DNA from: Candidatus Microgenomates bacterium | GTDB lineage: Bacteria; Patescibacteriota; Microgenomatia; Daviesbacterales; UBA10151 | DNA: 64,000 nt | Reading direction: 5' to 3' | Assembly (NCBI GenBank): GCA_016182045.1 | Contig: JACOYE010000008.1 | Span: 64,502 to 128,501, forward strand | Shown: positions 10,431 through 19,289 of the stretch, one piece after another | Layout of the letters: each line of letters starts with the position of its first letter | How positions within the stretch are numbered: the first letter of the stretch is position 1 | Position numbers and translations under genes: made by a program | Notes under the pieces: model-generated | The model's input: only the letters and a program-made list of their open reading frames with translations | The model's database searches: none | Told to the model about the DNA's origin: nothing

Positions 10431-10512
10431 CGTCATTGCGAGGAGTCTTCGACGAAGCAATCTCTTCTTTTGGACTAGATTGCTTCGCCCCTTCGGGGCT
10501 GGCAATGACGGA
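10431..10512. repeat. GC-rich nested-hairpin element (outer stem CGTCATTGC/GCAATGACG, inner 10-bp stem CGAAGCAATC/GATTGCTTCG, CCCCTTCGGGG tetraloop hairpin)
   Basis: read directly; shares GAGTC..TCGAAG and GGCTGGC(G)AA motifs with GC-rich inserts in topA, def, fmt and the rplK-rplA spacer. Confidence 0.5.
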
Positions 10513-10513
10513 T

Positions 10514-10927
10514 TCAGCCTTGTCTGCCAACTTCAAGATGTAACTGCTTTTTCTTTTCTTCAAAGATAATGCGGTACCTGGGAAAAAAAGCTTCTCTACC
10601 TAAAAGGTTGAAGGAAACAAGATACTCCCTTGAAAAGACAATCGGGCAGAGAAAATTTATTCCAGCAATCTCAATCTCTACTTCATGAAGATAACCTTTG
10701 ATCCTACCACCTACACCACCTAGATACATTTCCTTACCTTTCTCTATAACAAGTCCTAAAGAATCTGCAACCTCTGCACGAAAAACGGAAATTGTTGCTC
10801 CGGAATCAACCAGGGCATAAAATTCTTTTTTCTTACCAGTAAACGCTAAGGCCAATGGAATAATTGGGAATGTATTTCCTAAAGAATCAGATTCATATGG
10901 AAATACGGGTGATACTATTTTGTGCAT
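10514..10927 (-). CDS. retropepsin-like (clan AA) aspartic protease
   Basis: 137 aa; ALVDSGAT catalytic Asp-Ser/Thr-Gly motif; size of bacterial/archaeal single-domain retropepsins. Confidence 0.7.
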   Translation of the reverse strand: MHKIVSPVFPYESDSLGNTFPIIPLALAFTGKKKEFYALVDSGATISVFRAEVADSLGLVIEKGKEMYLGGVGGRIKGYLHEVEIEIAGINFLCPIVFSREYLVSFNLLGREAFFPRYRIIFEEKKKQLHLEVGRQG

Positions 10928-11148
10928 GTGAACACTAGTACATATGGACCTTCATCTTTACGAGGAACTCTAAAGGCAGCTGGCACGGTTCCAGAGGGTC
11001 TTTTATCAGTTACAGGTCTGGTGATGAGAGGTTCAATATCTTTTATTGTATCACCAACCGCTATCACTCTATCCTTAAGTGGATCAATAACCACCCATTT
11101 CCCGGCAAATTTACCCATCTGTTTTGTTGAAACATTTATCTTTTTCAT
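10915..11148 (-). CDS. small DUF5678-like protein (GKWVVI…VIAVGDT motif)
   Basis: 77 aa from the ATG just after topA (longer ORF-track start overlaps topA); overlaps the retropepsin gene by 13 nt. Confidence 0.45.
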   Translation of the reverse strand: MKKINVSTKQMGKFAGKWVVIDPLKDRVIAVGDTIKDIEPLITRPVTDKRPSGTVPAAFRVPRKDEGPYVLVFTCTK

Positions 11149-11153
11149 AACAA

Positions 11154-13205
11154 CTATATCATACTTCCTGCTTTTGGTTTTGTCCAGGAGGCAAACTTGC
11201 AACCTGGCCAGTTTTTACAGCCGTAAAAAGTTTTCCCCCGTCTGGTATGTCTGATAATAATATCTCCACCATCGTCCGGACACTTTGCATCAATTTTTTC
11301 CTCCAAAGCCTCGGTATGCCTGCATTTGGGAAAGGTGGAGCAGGCCAAAAATTTGCCAAACTTCCCTATTCTTATAACTAACTCATTTCCACACTGAGGA
11401 CACTTTTTACCGGCAAGCTCAGGTACCAGTTTCATTTTTTCCGCCTCTTTAAATGTTAGTTCCAATTTTTTCTCAAAAGGCTGATAAAATTGTCTAATAG
11501 TTGGCTGCCACTCCCTTTCTCCTTTGGCTATCTCATCAAGATCATCTTCCATTTTGGCAGTAAATGAATAATCAACAATATCCGGAAAATATTCCACTAT
11601 AAAATCATTAACAGTAAAGCCTAATTCTGTTGGGACAAATTTTCTCTCTATTCTTTCCACATAATATCTTTCTTGAATAGTGGAAATAATTGGTGCATAA
11701 GTAGAGGGTCTGCCAATCCCTAATTCTTCTAACTTTTTGATAAGTGATGCTTCATTGTAACGGGGCGGCGGTTCAGTAAAATGCTGATTGGGCAAAAGTT
11801 GAATCAGGTTGAGAGGTTCATTTTCTGAGACTTTTGGTAATAATTTTTGCCCTGTATCTTTCTCTTCATCTTCCAACTTTTCTTTACCATAAAGTTTTAA
11901 CCAACCTTCAGATTTAATCACTGATCCAGTAGCTCTTAAAAGATAAGCATCAGCTGAAACATCAACGGTGGTTTGGTCTAAAATGGCCTCAGCCATCTGA
12001 CATGCCACAAACCTTTTCCAAATCAGATCATAAAGTCTAGCATGATCTTTATTCATACTTGATATTTGTCTGATGGCTTGAGACTGACGTCTGACATCTG
12101 TCACTCTGATCGCCTCATGTGCCTCCTGGACATTTTTAGATTTTGATTTATAGATTCTAGGCTTTAGGGGAAGATATGATTTACCCAAAAAATCTGCAAT
12201 ATATTTGCGGACAGAAGATATGGCTGAGGCAGAAATATTAACCGAATCGGTTCGCATATAACTTATCAGTCCATGTTCATAAAGGTTTTGAGCTATCATC
12301 ATGGTTTTTTTGGCTGAAAATCCCAGTTTATTGGAAGCAGCTTGTTGCAAAGTGGAAGTAATAAAAGGAGGGTAAGGGTAACGTCTGACTTCCTTTTGTG
12401 TAACTTTGGAAACCAAATACTCAGCCTTTTCCAAGTTTTCAACATGTTCGTCTGCCTCTTCTTTGTTCTTTATCTCCAGTTTCTTACTGTTTTGCTCAAT
12501 TAACATGGCGATGAAACTGTTACCTGTACCTCCTCGAGTCTGAGCGACCGATTCGGTCTGAGACTCACGGTCGAAGACCTCGGAGTCGAAGACCTGTACC
12601 CTATCACCTGTTAACTCTGCTTCTATACTCCAATACTCCACCGGTCTAAAGATTTTTATTTCCCGTTCTCTTTCCACAATTAATCTGAGTGCCACTGACT
12701 GAACCCGTCCGGCAGACAAACCTTTCTTAATTTTTTGCCAAAGTAAAGGAGATAATTTATAACCCACTAATCTATCCAGAATTCTTCTGGCAACCTGTGC
12801 ATCTACTAGTTTGAGATTTATTCCTCTAGGATTCTTAAATGCTTCTTTTATTGCTTCTTCAGTTATTTCATGAAAGACAACCCTATTGACGGAATTTCGA
12901 ATTTGCGAACTCTTTAGGAGTTCGCTTATGTGCCAGGCTATTGCCTCACCTTCCCGATCCGGATCTGTGGCCAGCCACAAAGTGTCAGCGCTTTCTGCCA
13001 CCTTTTTCAACTCATTGACAACCTTTCTCTTATCTCGTGGTATCACGTACTGAGGTTCAAAATTATGTTCCACATCCACTCCAAATTCAGACTTTGGCAG
13101 ATCTCTCACATGACCCATTGAGGCCTCAATTTGATATTTGTCACCTAAAAACTTCTGCAGAGTGCGAGCCTTTGTTGGTGATTCCACTATTACCAGATTA
13201 TTCAT
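11154..13205 (-). CDS. topA: DNA topoisomerase I
   Basis: 683 aa; TOPRIM N-terminus (VIVESPTKARTL), catalytic core, C-terminal Zn-ribbon repeats (CPQCG…, CPDDGG…). Confidence 0.95.
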   Translation of the reverse strand: MNNLVIVESPTKARTLQKFLGDKYQIEASMGHVRDLPKSEFGVDVEHNFEPQYVIPRDKRKVVNELKKVAESADTLWLATDPDREGEAIAWHISELLKSSQIRNSVNRVVFHEITEEAIKEAFKNPRGINLKLVDAQVARRILDRLVGYKLSPLLWQKIKKGLSAGRVQSVALRLIVEREREIKIFRPVEYWSIEAELTGDRVQVFDSEVFDRESQTESVAQTRGGTGNSFIAMLIEQNSKKLEIKNKEEADEHVENLEKAEYLVSKVTQKEVRRYPYPPFITSTLQQAASNKLGFSAKKTMMIAQNLYEHGLISYMRTDSVNISASAISSVRKYIADFLGKSYLPLKPRIYKSKSKNVQEAHEAIRVTDVRRQSQAIRQISSMNKDHARLYDLIWKRFVACQMAEAILDQTTVDVSADAYLLRATGSVIKSEGWLKLYGKEKLEDEEKDTGQKLLPKVSENEPLNLIQLLPNQHFTEPPPRYNEASLIKKLEELGIGRPSTYAPIISTIQERYYVERIERKFVPTELGFTVNDFIVEYFPDIVDYSFTAKMEDDLDEIAKGEREWQPTIRQFYQPFEKKLELTFKEAEKMKLVPELAGKKCPQCGNELVIRIGKFGKFLACSTFPKCRHTEALEEKIDAKCPDDGGDIIIRHTRRGKTFYGCKNWPGCKFASWTKPKAGSMI
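12531..12591. repeat. GC-rich in-frame insert inside topA (coding …FDSEVFDRESQTESVAQTRGG…) flanked by 9-bp direct repeat ACCTGTACC
   Basis: sharp local GC rise; contains CTGAGCGACCGA and GGAGTCGAAG, both also present in the rplK-rplA spacer. Confidence 0.45.
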
Positions 13206-13288
13206 TGTTACTATTGTTACATTGTTACATTGTTAAAAACAATTCAACAATTTAGCAATGAAACAATTTTACTGGTGTTGTCAAGATC
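13206..13288 (-). promoter_or_regulatory. topA leader/promoter region with ATTGTTAC x4 and inverted AACAAT/AATTGTT repeats; TTGACA on minus strand at 13276-13271
   Basis: read directly from sequence. Confidence 0.35.
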
Positions 13289-13543
13289 TTACTCAAAATC
13301 ACTATCCAAAACTTGAGGATTAACTTTCTCCAACTCTGCCTCCAAATCAGTAGCGGAATCAAACTGAAAAGTTTTGGGGGCGTTGGGGGTGGGGATGGGT
13401 GTTGGAGCTTTAGAAACAGTAGCAGATGATTGACTGGCAGGGCTAACTAAATTAGCTTTCCACCCCAGGGGTGCAAACCTAAATAATAAAAATCCCAAAA
13501 CTATAAAAACTATAATAATTATAGTTATTATTTTTTTATTCAT
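13289..13543 (-). CDS. hypothetical membrane-anchored small protein
   Basis: 84 aa; N-terminal TM helix, Pro/Thr-rich linker. Confidence 0.35.
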   Translation of the reverse strand: MNKKIITIIIIVFIVLGFLLFRFAPLGWKANLVSPASQSSATVSKAPTPIPTPNAPKTFQFDSATDLEAELEKVNPQVLDSDFE

Positions 13544-13561
13544 AATTCATAATTCTTAATT

Positions 13562-13924
13562 CTATATTGCCTTTCCCACCTCATTTTTAGCCCTTAATAC
13601 TTTCCCCTTTAAAGTAATCAGACTGGATTTAAGACTACCAACAGAGGAAAATTTTTGGGCCCGATGAAAGGCAATTGCCTCGGCAGCATAAGTTATCCAA
13701 TAATCAGCAGTTTCTATGGGTGTATCCACATTCCCAAAAGCCACTCTGGTTTCCAAAATCCCTTTTCTATTTCTTACCTCCTCCATAATAGCCGCCATTC
13801 TTACCACATCTTCCTCAAACCTGTCACAAACTTTTTGATTAACACCATCAAGGCTAGTAAAGGCAGACGCTTTAATAGGATATAAAAACAAAACAATAAT
13901 TAGAATAAAAATCCACTTTCTCAT
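13562..13924 (-). CDS. hypothetical secreted protein
   Basis: 120 aa; signal peptide (…YPIKASA|F). Confidence 0.4.
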   Translation of the reverse strand: MRKWIFILIIVLFLYPIKASAFTSLDGVNQKVCDRFEEDVVRMAAIMEEVRNRKGILETRVAFGNVDTPIETADYWITYAAEAIAFHRAQKFSSVGSLKSSLITLKGKVLRAKNEVGKAI

Positions 13925-13988
13925 AGATATCTATCTTATACTATTATCAAACTTTGGATAAACAAAATTTATTAATCGATAGTATAAT

Positions 13989-14012
13989 GTCTACCCCATA
14001 CTTTGAACGATC
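13989..14012. promoter_or_regulatory. perfect 24-bp palindrome AACTTTGAACGATCGTTCAAAGTT upstream of the Clp-like gene
   Basis: read directly; ACGATCGT core also occurs in the flanks of the PaaX-like gene at 18742-19245. Confidence 0.4.
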
Positions 14013-14067
14013 GTTCAAAGTTTGTCCAAAATTCAGCTTGATAATTTCATTGAAAAAAAGCTGAAAC

Positions 14068-16578
14068 TCACGAAAGGATACTTATATCCACTCTAAAAGA
14101 TTGTCCTTTTAGAAGTTTATTTTCCAAAATTAGTCTGGAAAGTTTGGCTTCTAAGGTATCTTGGATTAAACGGCGCAAAGGCCTTGCTCCCAATACTGGA
14201 TCAAAGCCACGTTTTGCTAACTCTGAAATCAGATTACCCTCAAATTCCACCAAATATCCTTTTTCTTTAAGTTGCGCTTGCAACTCACTAAGTTTTAAAG
14301 TAACAATCTTTTGTAAATCTTCCTGAGATAGTGGCTTAAACAAAACTACATCATCAAAACGGTTGATTAGCTCTGGTTTGAAGATTTGTAACAGCTCATC
14401 ATTAACTTGTTTATCAAGCTGCTCCAGCGTTTGTCTCGCCTCCAACCCTTTAGCAATAGTGATGGAGGCAGCATTTGAAGTAGCAATGATGATGGTATTG
14501 GTAAAATCAACTGTCCTGCCTGCTCCATCAGTTAATCTGCCATCCTCCAAAACTTGTAAAAATAAGGTCAAGATTTTTGGATCTGCTTTTTCAAACTCAT
14601 CCAATAAAAGTAGTGCATATGGTCTGCTTCTGACAGCTTCGGTTAACTGCCCTCCCTCTCCTGAGGAACCAATTAGCCTGACTACTGATTCTGGATTTTG
14701 ATATTCAGACATATCAAATCTTAAAAAAGCCCCAGATGTTTTAAAATAAACTTGGGCTAAAGTCCTTGCCAATTCTGTTTTACCAACTCCGGTTGGACCC
14801 ACAAATAAAAATGACCCAATTGGCCTTGCCTCCTCCCTAAGTCCTGTGACAGATCTTCTTAAAGAATCTGAAACTAGCTTAACTGCCTGCTCTTGATTAA
14901 CCATCCTTTCATGAATTCTTTCTTCCAATTTTAAAAGTTTGTCTTTGTCAACCTTTCCCAAATCCATTAAGGGAATCTGGGTTCTTGAGGAAACAACTTC
15001 TCTGACAACCTCACTGGTTACCCACCCACTAATGGGTCTTGTTTGAGCTTCTTTTAAAACCGAAATTGCAGAATCAGGTAAAACTCTATCATGGATTATT
15101 TTAGAGGAAAGCTCCAAGGCTGCCTTGATTGCCAGAAAGCTTACTTTAATTTTTTCTCTTCTCTCAAAAGCTACGCTTCTTATTTGCAAAATATTTAATG
15201 TGTCCTCCCTCGTAGCAGGCGGAAGCTCTATTTTTCTAAAAATTCTTGCGAAACTGCCATTTCTTTCTAAAACTTTTGCATAATTTTCAGGCTCTGTGGT
15301 ACCAATAAACTGAAAGGTGTCTGATTCCAAGAATGGTTGCATCAAAGAATAAAGATTGAGCTCCTTACCCACCTCCCCCATTCCCAGCTCATGAATTTCC
15401 TCTATCACAATAATGACATTTTGGGCAAATTCTACCTCTTCAAAAATTGTTTTTATTCTTTCTGCCAGTAGTCCCTGAGTTGTCATACCTGATAAAAGTT
15501 TTGTTAAATCCAAAAGCACCAATCTTTTGGTTGCCACACTAGACGGAGCATCCCCCAAAACTATCTGTTTTGCCAAATGGCGGATTAAAGCAGATTTGCC
15601 TGCACCAGGCAGAGCAACCACTATGACATTTTTCCCTGTTTTTTGGGACAAAATATTGACAATCTCCTCCACCACACCGTTAGATCTTATAAAGGTAAAA
15701 TCTTTGAATTCTCCTTTGGCTGCTTTTTTGGTTAAATCCTCTCCCACGGAATCCAACACCGGAGTAGGTACGCCCAGCCACCCCCTATTTACACCTTTTA
15801 GGTGACGCACCACAAAATCATCATCCCAAAGCCAAACTTTTCTCCAAACTTCTCTTTTCTTCTCCAAAAAATTTAAAGCCTCCTCAATATCGGAAAACTT
15901 TAAATCAAGTTTAAGTAACATTGAGTCAATGTTGGGAATTTGTTTTAATGCTGCCACAAAAAAATGTCTTGGGGTAATATATTGAGCCCCGGTTTTTTTA
16001 GCCAGTTCAAAAGCCAAAAACCCCACTTTTTCTAAATCCGCTATTTCCCATTCCGGAAAATTTGTCACCTCAAGCTCTAAAGTGGACAAAAGATTCCCAA
16101 CCTCAGGATCAGTCAGTAGCTTTTTAAAACTTAAGTCTTGCCTTTTTACTTTTGATGCTAGCCAAAGATTATCTTTATTTACCTGCCAGACCTTTTTGTG
16201 AGGATTTAGGCTGATATGAAGACCAAATAAACCAGTTCCTGATAAAAATAAAATCCAGCTAATAAGATGCGGTTTATCTAATAAAGCAAGCAGTGGCAAC
16301 AAAAACCAATATAAGGCAATTAAAAAAACGAGGATGGAGGCAAGGGCAAAAGCAAAAAGACCAATCAAGATTCTACCTATTCTGAAAAGGAAACTTAAAG
16401 TTCGTCCCACAATTGTGGCATCATGGAAAAGAGGCACAAATAAAAGTTTGATCATTAAACCTACCGCCAAATCCTCCTCCAAAAACAAAATCAAATTTTT
16501 CCATGTTCTTATAAAGGTATTTGAAGCCTCTATGTACCAAAATTGTATTAGGTGAGCGGGTAAAGTCAGATATTTCAT
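14068..16578 (-). CDS. membrane-anchored Clp/Hsp100-family double-AAA+ ATPase
   Basis: 836 aa; about 130-aa N-terminal multi-TM region, Clp_N-like repeat, AAA-1 (GAGKSA Walker A) and AAA-2 (GPTGVGKT Walker A, LLLLDEFEKA Walker B, sensor region). Confidence 0.8.
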   Translation of the reverse strand: MKYLTLPAHLIQFWYIEASNTFIRTWKNLILFLEEDLAVGLMIKLLFVPLFHDATIVGRTLSFLFRIGRILIGLFAFALASILVFLIALYWFLLPLLALLDKPHLISWILFLSGTGLFGLHISLNPHKKVWQVNKDNLWLASKVKRQDLSFKKLLTDPEVGNLLSTLELEVTNFPEWEIADLEKVGFLAFELAKKTGAQYITPRHFFVAALKQIPNIDSMLLKLDLKFSDIEEALNFLEKKREVWRKVWLWDDDFVVRHLKGVNRGWLGVPTPVLDSVGEDLTKKAAKGEFKDFTFIRSNGVVEEIVNILSQKTGKNVIVVALPGAGKSALIRHLAKQIVLGDAPSSVATKRLVLLDLTKLLSGMTTQGLLAERIKTIFEEVEFAQNVIIVIEEIHELGMGEVGKELNLYSLMQPFLESDTFQFIGTTEPENYAKVLERNGSFARIFRKIELPPATREDTLNILQIRSVAFERREKIKVSFLAIKAALELSSKIIHDRVLPDSAISVLKEAQTRPISGWVTSEVVREVVSSRTQIPLMDLGKVDKDKLLKLEERIHERMVNQEQAVKLVSDSLRRSVTGLREEARPIGSFLFVGPTGVGKTELARTLAQVYFKTSGAFLRFDMSEYQNPESVVRLIGSSGEGGQLTEAVRSRPYALLLLDEFEKADPKILTLFLQVLEDGRLTDGAGRTVDFTNTIIIATSNAASITIAKGLEARQTLEQLDKQVNDELLQIFKPELINRFDDVVLFKPLSQEDLQKIVTLKLSELQAQLKEKGYLVEFEGNLISELAKRGFDPVLGARPLRRLIQDTLEAKLSRLILENKLLKGQSFRVDISILS

Positions 16579-16742
16579 TTGGCTCTTATCAAATTACCAT
16601 CAACTTCAATCTCACTTTTTGGCTCCTTTTGATGAATTTATATTTGAGGACAAAGTAAGGAAGGCTACAATTAAGTACAACTGCTAAAGATATGAACAGT
16701 ATGACAATTTTATTCATTACCTTAAATATTACCAAATTTTTC

Positions 16743-17828
16743 CTATCTACTACAGTAATTGCCCCCACCCATACTTATAATCACTCCGGCGATCTCCATC
16801 TTAAGCAAGATGGCCGAGATTTTGGCAGAAGAGAAATTTAACATTCTGCCAATTTCATCAATATGTCTGGTTTCATTTTTTAATGCTTCCAGTACTTTCT
16901 TCTCTTCTTCAGATAACTCCTCCTCAGTTTGAACTCTGAACTTTGCACTTTGAACTTGATTTATCCCCAACTCATCAAGGACTTCTGTGGGCTCAAAAAC
17001 CGCTCTTGCTCCTTCTTTGATTAAATCTATTGGGCCTTTAGATAGGCTGGAAGTAACTGGGCCTGGGACAGCAAAGACATCACGGCCTTGCTCTAAAGCT
17101 AGTCTGGCGGTGATTAAGGAACCGGAATCCTCTGCTGCCTCGGTTACCAATACTGCTAAAGATAATCCGGAAATAATCCTATTTCTTGAGGGAAAATTTC
17201 CCGGCATTGATGGGTAATCTGGAGGAAATTCAGAAATAAGGGCACCCTGACTACTGATTATTCTTTCTGCCAATTGACTGTTTTCCGGAGGAAAAATTTT
17301 ATTTAATCCTCCACCTAAAACAGCAATTGTTCGCCCCCCTTCCTCAAGGGCTTTCTGGTGAGACTTTGTATCAACTCCTCTGGCCAAACCTGAAACAATG
17401 GTTAACCCTGCGCCAATAAGCTCTTTAACAAACTGCTCAGTGACAACCTTACCATATCCGGTCATTTTTCTTGTTCCCACCACTGCTATGGCTTTTTCAT
17501 CCTCAGGCAAAACTTCACCTTTATAATATAGAACAATCGGTGGATCATAGATTTGTTTTAAAAGCTTCGGATACTCTTCATCATAAATGGTCATCCATTT
17601 GATACCCGATCTTTGGATCAATCCTGCATAACTTTCTGGCTCCAGTTTCTTACGAGTTTCCACTAAAAGTTCTGTGGTGTTTTTTGGGATACCAATTTCC
17701 AAAAGCTCTCTCGGGTTTACCTCCCAAGCCAATTTTGGATCTTTAAAATAATCTATGATGGCTTTAAGTCTAATCGGCCCCAAACCATCTATGGAATGTA
17801 GCGCTAAAAGATAAGAAATATTATTCAT
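16743..17828 (-). CDS. dprA: DNA processing protein DprA
   Basis: 361 aa; Rossmann-like DprA core, C-terminal wH domain. Confidence 0.85.
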   Translation of the reverse strand: MNNISYLLALHSIDGLGPIRLKAIIDYFKDPKLAWEVNPRELLEIGIPKNTTELLVETRKKLEPESYAGLIQRSGIKWMTIYDEEYPKLLKQIYDPPIVLYYKGEVLPEDEKAIAVVGTRKMTGYGKVVTEQFVKELIGAGLTIVSGLARGVDTKSHQKALEEGGRTIAVLGGGLNKIFPPENSQLAERIISSQGALISEFPPDYPSMPGNFPSRNRIISGLSLAVLVTEAAEDSGSLITARLALEQGRDVFAVPGPVTSSLSKGPIDLIKEGARAVFEPTEVLDELGINQVQSAKFRVQTEEELSEEEKKVLEALKNETRHIDEIGRMLNFSSAKISAILLKMEIAGVIISMGGGNYCSR

Positions 17829-18736
17829 TTTATGTTTTTTAGATGTTCTCTTGCTATAAAAAATGATGTTATCAAAACTATGATACCACCAACTATTTGG
17901 GTGGAGTTTAGACTTTCTCTAAATAAAAAATATGCAAAAGGTGCACCAACTAAAGGCCCTAGGCTTCTTAAGGCAGACACAATCCAACCTTTAACAGTTT
18001 TTAAAGATACAAACCATAAAGTTAAGCTGAATATAAAAAATATTATGGTGGCTAAAATTAGATAAATCCATCCTAAAGCTTGAGACCAAACAGTGGGGTT
18101 TGAGAAGATGATGGCAAAAGGCAAAATCACCATTCCGCCACTCAGAAGCATTAAACTATTAGTTTGAGTTGCTCCTAAATTTTTGGCGAGTTTGGTGGCA
18201 GGAAAATATGATAGAGCAAAAAACATCATTGCCATGATAATAAACAGGTCCCCTAGCTGAGTCCTTCCTAAACTTCCCAACTTACCTCCCGTTGAAAGCA
18301 GAATAGCACCGAAAATATGCAAACTAAGCAATGCTAAATGTTTTGGTCTTACTTTCTCTCTTGCAAAAACCCAATACCAAAAAAGCACAAAATATGGTTC
18401 GGCTTTGGTAAAAAAGATGGCCTTAATTGAGTCTGTTAAGCTTAACCCTATGGAGAATGATAATTGCCCTAAAATTTGTCGGGAAATTATCAGAAAGATC
18501 AAGTCTTTATGATGTTTTTTTATTTGCTGAAGACTTAGTTTGGTTCCTCTTATGAATAGGGTGGTTAGCAGGATTGCTGCTGCCAAAAGTGGGCCAAAAC
18601 TTGCTGTGATAAATGGATTTAAAAGTTTGACCGCCCCGCCTCCGAAAACAGTGGCAATGCTTGAGGCAAAAGGTGAAAGTACAGCAAAGATTAATCCCCA
18701 ATGATGTGGTTTCATTTTGTTTCCGATCGTAAACAT
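17825..18736 (-). CDS. DMT/EamA-family membrane transporter
   Basis: 303 aa; about 10 predicted TM helices, duplicated EamA-like halves. Confidence 0.65.
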   Translation of the reverse strand: MFTIGNKMKPHHWGLIFAVLSPFASSIATVFGGGAVKLLNPFITASFGPLLAAAILLTTLFIRGTKLSLQQIKKHHKDLIFLIISRQILGQLSFSIGLSLTDSIKAIFFTKAEPYFVLFWYWVFAREKVRPKHLALLSLHIFGAILLSTGGKLGSLGRTQLGDLFIIMAMMFFALSYFPATKLAKNLGATQTNSLMLLSGGMVILPFAIIFSNPTVWSQALGWIYLILATIIFFIFSLTLWFVSLKTVKGWIVSALRSLGPLVGAPFAYFLFRESLNSTQIVGGIIVLITSFFIAREHLKNIK

Positions 18737-18741
18737 TTTGA

Positions 18742-19245
18742 TTAGAAATCCATATTATCTGATTCAATCACCATTACCCAGTCTTTTATCCCTAGTTTTT
18801 TTATAAAATCCCTGAGGGCTTGGGTACAGTTTTTCTTAGTTATCCAAACACTTTTTTGTAGCTGTTTAAAACCTAACCATTTTAGTTTATACCTTAATAG
18901 ATCGCGCGCTACTCTTCTTTTCTCCGGAACATCCCATATCACTATTCTCCATTTTCCATCCCACGGCTCATCAATTAATTTCATTTTTGTCCAAAGAGCC
19001 TTATCTCTTCCTGAATCTGTTAATCTAACAACCAATTCCTTATCATCAATTAGCTCAACAAATCCATTCTCTCTCAACCTTTTAAGAGCAAGTGCAAGGG
19101 TTGATTTCTTAAGTGGTCTGTCCCACCAACCGTAATAGGCGTAAAGATGCGGCTTATATGCAAAATGTTCAAATCTAATATACCCATCAACAGACTTCTC
19201 TAGAGTCAGAAGAACGAAATTAGTAAGGCTTTTTTTAGTAAACAT
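18742..19245 (-). CDS. PaaX-family-like transcriptional regulator (short form)
   Basis: 167 aa; N-terminal wHTH, C-terminal WDGKWRIVIWDVPEKRR…LGF…LQKSVW matching the PaaX C-terminal signature; paralog of 28111-28614. Confidence 0.6.
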   Translation of the reverse strand: MFTKKSLTNFVLLTLEKSVDGYIRFEHFAYKPHLYAYYGWWDRPLKKSTLALALKRLRENGFVELIDDKELVVRLTDSGRDKALWTKMKLIDEPWDGKWRIVIWDVPEKRRVARDLLRYKLKWLGFKQLQKSVWITKKNCTQALRDFIKKLGIKDWVMVIESDNMDF

Positions 19246-19289
19246 GTAATCATAGTATTCACGATCGTAAATAGTTTGTCAATATAATG

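Noticed and set aside
12522-12600. 9-bp direct repeat ACCTGTACC flanking the topA GC-rich insert as a true target-site duplication
   Set aside because: The repeat-to-repeat distance is 70 nt, not a multiple of three, so a clean insert+TSD model does not reconstruct an in-frame ancestor. It is reported only as an observation inside the repeat-family finding.
14363-14701. 112-aa and other plus-strand ORFs inside the Clp-like gene
   Set aside because: They are antisense to a strong AAA+ gene and have Ser/Cys-rich low-complexity translations.
16589-16719. About 42-aa hydrophobic minus-strand ORF between the Clp-like gene and dprA
   Set aside because: The coordinates I derived by hand do not give a length divisible by three, and the ORF is too short and unsupported to report as a gene.
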